A stretch of 64,000 nt of DNA, taken from Perkinsus chesapeaki ATCC PRA-425 (lineage: Eukaryota; Protista; Perkinsozoa). The notes beneath the pieces are model-generated. The model ran no database searches. It saw nothing but the letters and a program-made list of their open reading frames with translations, and was not told the DNA's origin. Below are positions 24,340-35,700 of this stretch, piece by piece. The first letter of the stretch is position 1. Every line of letters begins with the position of its first letter. Where the stretch lies: contig JAAPAO010000092.1 of the NCBI GenBank assembly GCA_013115145.1, forward strand, positions 1 through 64,000, in the 5' to 3' direction. Made by a program: the position numbers and the translations under genes.

Positions 24340-26407
24340 TTGCAGATCATCTGCATCCAATGTAGTCCAGGATGTACCAACTACCTGGACGCATTAAGTT
24401 CCCCTGTACCTTTCAGGTCAGTCAACGCTTAAGCCATCAACTCAAGAAGCACGGCGGATTGGGTTGGTTGACAGAGAGGGATAGTGCGCTCCTCAGCTCT
24501 GTCGCATGCGAACTGGCTCCACTGGAGTTAGGACACATGCCCTCCGTGCTACTCACAAAAAAAAATAATCAATCATGGCCCACGTAGGGAGCGCGAGTGA
24601 CTTTGACGTTCCCTACGTTTCCAGAAATAGCCACGAGGAGGTCTCTGAGCGCTATTCCCGTAATTCTTGATTCTATACGGCCCTGAACTCGCTCCATGAC
24701 TGCACCTACACCGAGAGTGGCTGTCATGTGAAATCGAGCAATGCTCCCGTGGCACAAAGTTTGCGCCACAAACAAAAAGCGTTATTCAGTGAGTTGAACT
24801 TATGTCCTCGGAGCGAGCTGCTAAGAGCAATGCAAACTCGTTGTCTAACCGATTCGGTGAACAGTCGAACCTTTACCAGGCAAGCTTCCATAAACCTTGG
24901 GAGGGCACTCCACTCAGAACAGGTCATCGCGTATCATTTCATCTACTTCCACGCTGAACGCTCGATCAGTGGCTGCCTGGAAGAGTTGTTGATGTACTGC
25001 TGATTGCAATGGATACGAGATGGTATAAATATATACCTAATGGCTCCATATTTGATATTACAAATCTATAACACACTCTAATACAGTAATCTGAATAATA
25101 CAACACGGACTGCTTTTTACATACCTTTGTACACATTTGTATAAGGATGAGCTCATGCTAACCGTCGCTTTCCGCAGCAATGGTGATAATAAAACCACTG
25201 GGAGCACAGAGCTACGTTAACCTTATGATTCAAAGTGATTCAGCACGTCAAATAGTGAAGGAAAGACTCCCAAGTTGGGATTGACTCACAGGGGACTATA
25301 GTGTGTAACCGTTTACACCGTTCGGGACATAACAGGTCGTGGGAAAGTCGGCAATATACCAAGAGGGGGATCAATCTGGACCCAAAACACCACTGTTTTA
25401 CCCTGTGCTTTTGTTATCCAGCTTACATGCATCAGTTAACGACTATTGACGATAGTACAGCTGACTCGACAAGACTAGTAATACTGCTTTATGCCTGAAG
25501 CGGCCTACCAGCAACGCCCCAAGGTGACGCGCCGTTTTCCAAGTCAGTGGCTAGTAGCTACTGGCTACAGAGCCGACAGCTGGTGGTCAGGATAACCGAT
25601 ATGACACTACACCCTGGTGACTCCAGTAGATACCACTGACGATACCCGATACCATTGTAGAGCCTAGTCATCCCTAGTTACTCATGAGAGCTATGAAGCT
25701 CGGAGGAAAGGAGAAATACATAGTTAACGTACTAGTTGTGAACGAGTTATTCTGTCCATGGAAGACGTTGCACTGTGTATACTTATTTCAACCCAAATTG
25801 AAGAATGCTTAGTCTCCAGTGACTAGCGTTCACTTCTCGCTTCTCTGACGAGTGCCGACTTTCTCGTGAACTCCGCTCAGAACCTCAACGAGTCTCGTGC
25901 CCCGAGATGGTTGCTATTGTGTATAGGCGCTCGCAAGGCATTTTGCGAATGTATTTGCACACGTGCTGTGACAGCACTGCTGCTGTCTTCTAGTTAAGAT
26001 TATCCGAAACTTCGGACCAACCCATCACCTAAATTTAGCGAGCTCCGGGGCCGTAGGTGTGAATGTTACCCTGGGAAATCGGAGCCTCAAACCCCGATAT
26101 TTTTTCATTCGAGCATGACAGCCCCTCCAGCTGGCACCAAAGGGCATGATGGGGGCTCCATACTGGAGCCCTGGAATGCTGTCCCTTCAGGCACAGTCCC
26201 TATGGTCATCATCGATCTTTGCTCGCGCTCTCGATTCTTGAGAACACTGGATTCCGATATATCACACGTCGGAGTCGAAAGTATCCTTGTCGGCGCGAGC
26301 AGTCTGCGTCTGACTTTCCCGACCTTACCAGGCAAGCCTTCCCCTTATCCATGACTCTACCCAAAGGATCTTCTACCTGACCAGCAGCTGTACAAGAATA
26401 GAACCAT

Positions 26408-26602
26408 CAAGAGTCCTACTTGTCCGTAGCGCCCCCATCACAGCAACGCATTTCTTCACAAGTGGAAACCTTCATCGGTGAGGCCGCCGCCGCCGCTGAT
26501 GCCATGGCTGCTCCTCCTTTCACTGCTGCTGTAGTTAATGCAGATATACTAGATGATACCATACTTGATACTGCTAATGAACGATTTATTATAACTCATT
26601 GA
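26408..26602 (-). pseudogene. Orphan copy of nnr exon 1 (presequence + MKVSTCE..)
   Basis: High identity to 23383-23573 including the GTAGG donor. The first ATG (ATGAAT) has become ATAAAT, and no further nnr exons follow. Confidence 0.85.
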
Positions 26603-26730
26603 CAGATAATAACGGCGACCAACACAGCAATTGGAGGAATACAGAAATCGCTTGGCATGGAGCATGGATGAGATCATCTCAATATCTCTTGACTGTTGAG
26701 AGGCTCTATGACAGCTCCACGAGCAGTCCT

Positions 26731-29700
26731 CTACAACCACGAAGCCGACTAGTCTCAACACGGAAAGGTCCTCTACCTTCTTAACGCTCCTCCTCAACCC
26801 ACCACCGATATCCTCTACAGAGTCCTCCTGTCGAAGGCCCAAGGGTGTCGGTGCTACTCGACTGGGCTTCCTCTGAGCCATCTCTATTACTGTTGTGTCG
26901 CCCAATGCTAAGAGAACAATGAAGCTTCGCGAGCAATTCGGCAACTCACATTGGCCTCGAGTGAACATCTTAGTGATCTTCTTCAGCAACTTTGACCCTG
27001 ACCTTCGGAACCGAGTCTCCTCCTCATCCGGACCGTCCTCAGCATAAAGAGTGTCTCCTTCACGCAACTGGTCTTCAACACGAAGCTGATCGGCTATCAC
27101 TTGATGAGAGAGCTCATAGGAGTATATAACCAAATGCATCTGATAATAGGCGTGGGTTCAAATCCCAGCGGCGGCAGTTCTACTCCTTGCAATATGGCCT
27201 CGATCAAGCACACTACAACAAGGAGAACCAAACCTGATACCGGCAGCAGCCCTCTCGTGTCTGGACTGCCTGATCAAACGACACTATTTAGGAAAGTGAC
27301 CAGAGCCTACTAGCCACGGCCACAAGGATAACCAGAATCCAGCGAGTTTGCCCACACACCCGCAAGGCTCGACCGATCCTTTCCACCTATCGGGTAGATC
27401 GAAGAGGGACGGCAGAAGGGAACTAACCTTCCCGAGGAGCTCACGCAATGTGTCAACGTCACCTCCCTCGAGACCTTCAAAACGTTCAAAGTCTCCTCCT
27501 TCCAACTGATCACGAACTGGTAATGGAGTTGAGTATCTGACACTAGTAGGATGCGCCGACTGGTCTTAACACAAAAATGGGACAGCCCAGCACACAATAC
27601 TCAGCCAATTTCCCAAGGACAATCCCCATAGGTAACGCTTGCAATGCGAGACTGATGCCTTGTGCGGTAGCATACTGGACCTGCAATGGGCCGACTCGTT
27701 TTAAGTGGAGAACCCCAGTGGACGTTACCGCCATAGTGGGCTGAGGCGGCTCTTTGAAGAGAGCAAGGTAAACCCGGCTGTAGTACTCCGATCTGCTCGC
27801 TATCTGGAATCCTCGACCATCTACAGTTCTTGTCCATTTACCGATGCAGATCTGATACATATCTTAGGTTAAAGCATGTCAGATACGAAATATGTAATCG
27901 GACAACCCTCAGCACCGATCCAAAGCATAGCCATCCTTGTATCCTATACTTTATCCTCCACCAATATCCTTGTAGCAGCGCGCCAAAGTCTCTCACACCT
28001 GCCAGCGTGCTGCCCATATCGACGAGCTGTCTTCACCTCGCTGTTTGCTTTCCTCGTATTGGCGGAAATAAAGTGAACCCGCTTCGCTTCGCTCGTCATC
28101 AACTTCCTTCTGTTCCAAAGTGCCCAGGCCATCCATCTTCATTATTTTCTCCAGCTGCTCATCGAGTCCTGATGGTGCTGTATCTTTGCGCACTATAAAG
28201 ATTCGTCTAGCCCTCGACCCACCGGCTGTAAAGTGCTGACCGGATAGATTGGCAAGCACGGCGGTGAGCAAAACAGCGACAAGAGAGGACCAAACCAAGC
28301 TGCGGCCGAACAACCAAGCAAAAAATGGAGCATGTGATGCGATCGGAGGGCCCTTCTGTCGCTCGAGCTGAATCAAATCTTTCTGACACCTCTAGCTCTC
28401 TCGTGAAAACGTTACTTCCAGGCATCCAGAGCTCTGATGATACAGTTGCTCATTGGAGTCGAACAGGAACTTAAGCGCTGCCACCGACGCTAAGCACAGG
28501 ACCTGGCATGCTGCAGTGAGAGCCTGACACAAGCACATGCCGTACGTCTTCTAGCTCATACGCTCACCCCCTTAGCCATGGACAGACTGCCCCATGTGAA
28601 CCATTTGCGGTGTACTAACGATGCATATCGAGCACACTCAACTAGCGCCAAGACATCGAGGGCGGTGATCGCCTGAGTCGGCATCAATGAGGCTGCTATC
28701 ATGCCGCGCTACCCAAAGCATTAGACCAGTAGTAGTGAAAGCTAGAGATGATATTATGAGTGCAGTGCCAGCACAGTTATAGGAGCTAGCTCGGAATAGA
28801 GACAGCAGCCACCCGCCGAGAGACTGTGGGGTGGTAGAGTAAAGAAAAGCAGGTATCTGATTAAGGGTTCATAAACATTCATCATCGCAGCCCCAAAGAT
28901 GCGAAAATAATGACAGATGATGTACACCGCAGAGCGTTGAACATCGCCTATGATTGGTCGAGGGAAAGGCATGTGCAGATAGTTACACTGTACTGGTAAG
29001 GCTGTTGCTGCTGCTTGCAACATACCCACAGAGCAGCGATTGTTAGACGGTCGAGGTACTCAATCTGATAGTTGAGTAGATGCTCTAAGTTTGACATCTC
29101 GCATAGACCACAACTGTCATCGGGTCTCAACGAGATCCACTAAAAAGAGCGGTTGAGACCCTTGCTGATTGATACCCTCGTAACGACAAAGCTAGCTAGA
29201 ACAAGTGATAGTAGCTTTCAATCACTTCAAGTGCTTCCGACAGAATGCAACCACCTCACCGACCAGAGGAATTGGCTCTCGGCATCCGTCTCGGCCGAAC
29301 ACACAGAGATTAAAGATGGCAAATACGTATCTAATGCACGCCAGGTCGAATAAAATCGACAATACGTTGATAGCAGCAAACGACATAAACATAACCGTGG
29401 AGTTGAACCTGACAACACACACCTGTGTAGGTCTCAAATAACTTAGCTGACTCACCAGAAGTCTCGGGACTTGGGCAACGGCGAGCGATAGAGATGGTAG
29501 TCCGTAGAAGCCCAGCGCTCCGTTCTAACCGGATAAATGAAGCCAACGGCAAAAGTAACCGATAGTATCGCTCCAGTGACAATCGCTGTAATGATAAGCC
29601 AGGCTGCGTGAACCTAACTCTGAGACTTAGACTCTATATGAGTGTTATTGCTGACAATGCTATAACAAAGGGCGGCCAGGAGGGCTATTGTGACACGAGC

Positions 29701-32700
29701 TGTCTCCCATCGCCTCATCTCACTCATCTCTCTTTTATCTTCATCCGGTACCTTGAAAGCATCTATGGTGGGAGTTTCACCGTACCAACATTTTGCCCGT
29801 GAAGTTGTAACCATTTCGGCCCGAGCTGGTCAGAGATTGCGGGCCTAACTGATGCCAATATGCTATAATATTTAGTAATAGAAAAAGCTTGTTGAATATT
29901 TTATTTATCGCCACACGAAGGAGCAAATAACTTATTCACCAAACCTGAATACTCCTCGTTTTCTTCGGAAAATGAAATCTTGAAGCAATCAAGAATGATA
30001 TACGAATGTGCTAAAATCGCCGAAGTTCTAAAGCGCACATCAGTATTATATATTAGAATAACCCTCCCCAGCCCTGCTGCTGCAGCGAGCATTCGAGCTG
30101 TAAACACTGGCGACGTAGCAAACACACCATTGGACGACACTCACCATCAACATCGTATGGCAGCACGAAAACAGAGCCAACACCGCGGCAATTGGCGACA
30201 GGAAGGCAGAGGTAATCAGTATCTAAGGCACTCTTCAAGGGGAAAGGATACACAGATCTACAAGTGTCTCCACGGGATTAGTCTCTATCTCTGGAATAGG
30301 CGTAGTTAGATACACTTCATCCGTTGCACATTCGGGGTCGTTACTATCGGTGATGCCGGGCAGGCAGGTTTTCCTCGTCACATCAACCTGTCCGAAGATA
30401 CCACACGGTACCGACTCAGCCAGGACCCACCGGTCTCCAGCACTCCCGAGCACTCGGGTCTTCACGGCATATATCTCCTATAGGATCGTAAACCTGACCA
30501 TCGCTGCTAGCAATCGACACTCACCACACAAGCTCACCTCGAGGGCCCAAAGAAGCTCATTGACAAGAGCGTTGGCACCGATCGTGACACACTGAACCTT
30601 GATGCCTCCCTCCGGTATCCGGTCGGGATTGAACTGCACCCCTATCCACGCCTCAGCGGTGCCTGTCTCGAACACTTAGGCTCCTTCTATCCGACCGCTT
30701 CTTACCACAATAGTCGCACGGCGCCCACCAGGCTGTCCCTGTGCTGTCGGCATCAAAGGCATTCTGCGGAGGATTGGCGGCGGTATACCTGAGGACTTCT
30801 CCAGTGAATTGCCGCGTCCCCGGCTCCGGACCCGCTCGCAATCGCCGTGACGCCGAAAGCTGAACTAGTGGGTATGCGACTTGCCTCACTACACTCTTCC
30901 GAGCTGTAAAGACGTATGTCGTAGACCTTCCAAAATCTAATGAGAAGCAGCCTCTCCGCCACATAACCTAGAGATGCTCACAATCGCTTCCCCAGAGGGG
31001 CAACATTTACAATCCGCCAGCGAGTGTTCGGTGATGGCTCCGATGCGCTCTCTGTGAGGCCGGACCACACTCCACCCGATAGGAAATGGAATACTTGCAC
31101 CTAAAAGGTGAACGAAGTTGCTTCTTCCCGGCCTGTGGATTTGCCAATGTACATCAGAAATCTTTACCTCACTCTTGAGACATCCTGGCGGTCAGGATAG
31201 TTTAATTAAAGTGTTAGTAACTACATCTCTCTAAGCTCTAACCAATGAACATCTTCAAGCATCACGTCTGATGCACAGTCTCTGTCATCTCCCGAAGAAT
31301 TTCAACGCAAAGAGCTCCTGTGAAGGCGTAAGCAGTTTAATCAAACGAATTATTAGATACTCCTCAATATCCCTCCGAATGCCGAATTTGGAGTCGCAAA
31401 GTTGCGCCCCGAAGTTGGCTGCTGCTGAGTTGCTCCATCTGCTGCCACCAGTGTTGCCCACCTGTAGCCATGCTTTCTCGTTCGGCTCTGATGTCTCCAA
31501 AGCAACCGTCCTCGCAACATGTCTGATATCGGCCGGCTGCAGAATACGAATGCACTTCACTTCTCGAGAGGAATCTATCAAGAGGCTCTCTCATCGCAGG
31601 AACAGTCTGATGAGGGAGGATTCGTCATAGGGGAAGAAAAATTCTGTCATGTTATGCTTTGAGAAGTTAAGCTGCTCCGCAATCCTACCACTGAGGAGCA
31701 CATGTACGATGCGGTGCATACATTCCAGAATAAGATCATTGAGAAAGCGATAATAGATCCTCCAAGCGCCGCCGCCCTACTGCCGCCGCTCAAAGCCGTG
31801 AACAATATACCAATCCATGGACTATGGTCATCACCATCAGGTTGCCAATATGTCTCGGTGTTCATGTCGAATGCTCGATACCTTAAAGAGGACGCACCAT
31901 GTCACTAAATCTACATCGCACGACTTGTTCTTGGCAAAATGTTATCGACTTTACGATTCCAGTTATCAACTGCAAGGCCAGAAGTGATGATGAAGCGTAC
32001 TAGCGTAGTAACACTTCCATCTCAACTTCTGAGGGCGCCGAAATACTCGTAATTGTATACAATATTATTTTAGTGGAAATTGATAAGTACAACTCAAATC
32101 ACCTCACCAACCGCTTGAGTCATCGAGCTCACTCACCTAGCACGCTGAACAGGGTACATAAATTTCAAAAATGGATATCTTGACCAAGAGTATCAAATAT
32201 TAATTTCAAGTGACTTAACCATGTTGCATTAACATTGTGCTTTCTCGAGGTGGAATTCGTGTAGACTTATACGGCAGCGCCTTCTCATCTTTCACCAACT
32301 CCAGAGGGACGGATAAAACAGCGGGCGTTGTTCCATTCTGCATTCAAGCGCTCAGTTCCTCATATCATCCAAAGGTGTCTACAATATGCCCCTTCAGCTC
32401 AGTAGGAATGTTCTTAAAAAGACTCATCACTCAACGGGTTCGAGTGAGTGACCGCGCACGAGTAATTGCATTTAGAGCACGCCCTGGCACGCATGCTCAC
32501 TGCTGAAGTGGCTGGGATGGAACAATGCGCTGCAGGCAACCAGTCAAATAACAGTTAATATAAATCGATAACACTATAAAAGTTTGCTATAAATAAACTG
32601 TATGTTATGGACTCACGCACGCTGACAAAGAAAGAGAACTCCACGAAATTTCGGTCGAATAAAGAATACATTGTCTACAATAAGACTCGTCGACGAACTT

Positions 32701-35700
32701 GCAGCTGAGCTGAGACAACTTCTACAGATAGCTTCCCCACCCGAGGAAGGCCAACTCACATCCCAACACTCATTAGTTTGCATTGCAATTCTCCTATTAT
32801 AGGAGAATTGCAATGCAAACTAATGAGTGTCCTATTATAGGAGTCCTATATCCATTGGTTCGCACGAGCTTACCCTCCGTATCGTCCGCCACTTCTACTC
32901 GAACTCACAATAACCGCTGGCGCTTGGGGATCTCCTCGGCCAATGAAGGAACCTTCACACTTGGAATCTCTATAAAAGGATATCTCATTAACCTATGGGA
33001 AGCAAGGGATGATTCAGTCTAGGCAGGACAGATCGCGGACCTGCCAGAGCGCAGCTGAGGGATGGTTTGTTATATCCAACCGCCGAATTCTCCATTTACT
33101 CTGCCAACCCCATCCTAGCATGACTCGGCCTGGCAAACGATCACAACATGAGAACGCGAAAAAGGAGCGATCGTTCCTCTATCGTAAAAGGAGCGGCCTC
33201 ACGGAAGTGAGGCCGCTCCAAGCTTTTGCAAGTAACAGTGTCCATGAAAGAGACGTACTAGACACATAAATATATTTTTATACATGTATTCGATGCATAC
33301 TTGAAATATGTGACCAAATGGGAGCTTAGATGCATTCCTTCTGGGCCTTGGTGGGAGAAACGCAAAAATTTTGGATTCCCTTCGCCGCTGAACTCCGAAT
33401 TCTGCTGTCCGATAATTCCCGTCCAGCTTTTTGAGACCAGAGCTCCCACAAGAGCTCCGCCGACTATTTCAGATAAATCTTATAAGCACACGTAAATGAG
33501 GCAAACTCACTATTATCCTGCCAGACACACTCTCCTGACGGCGCACACCAACGATGATCGTACCTACGCAAGGGAAAAGTCCTACCACTAAATACGCCTA
33601 TTGAAACATTCTTATAAGATAATGAAAGGGAAACTAGTCAACACATGGAAGTGAATTCTATGACCGAATTTCTATCTATGCAGTTATAAGTGAACTTAAC
33701 CCGGAGATCGATTCTTAATCTGCGATAATTTGAGCTCACTCAGAGCGCGCTGAAATCCTCTACGCAAATTGCCAAATTTCAGTTATCTTTAGAGTGCGGG
33801 ATACAATGAGTTAGCAGCGCGAACGGTCCTAGGCGCGGTAAGGCCCAAACGCGGAGCGAAGAGAAAATGAGAGGCACTCGTCACCGTGGATGCGGACCTT
33901 GCGACTCAAATTGAGCTCTCAAGCTTAGTATATACCTAGGAGTCGTGGGCTGGGACTTCGGAGCTTCGAATCTGATGCCGTAGGAATCGATAAATGGCCG
34001 ACGAAAAGCAATAAAATCGAAGTCCTAGGGAGGGCTGTACTTTAATTTCTTCCCTCCAGTAGCATGGGAATTTTATAAACATTTTCTGATGAGTGCAACA
34101 CACTCGTACTTGAGCCTCATTATTGTCTGCCATTGAACAACAGATCTCCACGCTACAAGGCGCTCCAGAGATAGCTCGTTCATAAGGTCCTCCACCTGTG
34201 ACATGTCTGGGACAATTACACCCGCCTTCGTGGACTCGTAGACGCGAACCTAGAAATAAGCGGCTTTAAAAAGCCCTATTAAAAGGCTTACGCATTGCAC
34301 CGTGCTGTCGGTGACCAAACCAATCCATGGAGTTTGACTTTTATCCTACAAGATAGGTGTTGATGGAAGGCGACAAGAGAGCGAGCCTACGTCAGATGGT
34401 CTCGAAGTCGGGCCTGTGCCACGAATACTATCTTCATACCTGTTGGAGGAATAATCCGAAGCTCTTGCTACCAGAGGAGGCTCCGAGGATCATCGTTTAA
34501 ACCGAGGCGATACAGTTCTCGTATTTCTCATCGAAGTTTCTATTATATCTCCTCGCGCCCTACCCCTCGTAGCACACCCCATAAATTTTTCTCTCAGACA
34601 GGGGACACTTACGATCCAGCGTAATCGTCATAGTAAGGGAGACTTGCCAGCCATCCTGTCTCATCGTTATTATCATATACGTTATAAGGATCCTCTCGCC
34701 TCCCTGAGCCACAAAAGGGTTGTGCTTCAAAAGTGAGATCTGCCTTGAGGACGCGGCGTTCTAGTGCGAGCTAGGTGGAACCTTGTTAAAGTGATTCCCC
34801 GAGAAGTTAAGCACATCGGTGCTGGCCTCACCAACCAAATTCTGCCAGCGTTGGAGTTCCCACACGCGCGATCTGAGACAAGTATCCGCAAACAAGGCGT
34901 TTAATGCCTACAAGACAATAGAATATCAGCCCCGATGCTGTTCAACTGGGCTAGTTCTGTTTTTTGTTTTAAATAATATCCTTCATTTGTACAATCTTTT
35001 CAACCAATCCTTCTCCTACCTAGAACACCCAGTGACGATACCGGTTCACCGTCTTGTATAGGATCTCCTCGACACTCTGGATGGATGAACCTAAGCCGAC
35101 CTAAAGTCACATCCCGGAGACGGGTGAGGCTCCGAGTGAGCGGTTCATATTGAGGAAGGATATTATGCCCCTACGCTGCTACATCTCAACGGTCCATACT
35201 GTACAAAGACCCAGCATGTCAAAGCCGCACGCGTTCAAACCCCAGCCTCGGCTCTTTACACGCCATATAGTGTTATTATATCTAGGATAAACACGCATCA
35301 CCTACACAGAGGTATCAGCAAGTAGTTCTTAATATACTGTACACCTTACACCGGGGTAGGGTAGCTGCCCGCCGTAGGTGAGGCTCAGCCAGGAGCCACC
35401 ACTGAGAAGATCAAAAGAGTATCTATACCATACCAACTTAAATAGTGAGCACGCTCGGCAGTGAATGCCCGCAAGTACTACGCGGTCTCCCAGCGAACAG
35501 ATCCTATATATTGTACGAGCGCTCGGGAGACAGCAAGTTGAGGCCCGAAGAAGGCCCGGACACATGCGACTGTTGGCGGTGTCTCCGAGATCCAACGGAG
35601 ACCTATGTACCTGATCTCGGGTAACGACGCCTTGGTGGGGGATGGCTACGCTTCCTCCTCGTAGCATTCAGAGCATCTACTCCTCCAAGATTTCGAAGGA

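Noticed and set aside
24372-25003. Short ORFs as possible retroelement remnants
   Set aside because: No RT, integrase, RNase H or transposase motifs identifiable.
35228-35256. GCGTTCAAACCCCAGCCTCGGC, similar to the intronic tRNA fragments
   Set aside because: Stem pairing is poor and the minus-strand frame may be coding here; intron status could not be established.
35638-35650. Partial match (CGTAGCCATC) to the Perkinsus spliced leader
   Set aside because: Only 10 nt match, at an exon/intron boundary; no full SL or SL RNA gene found in the window.
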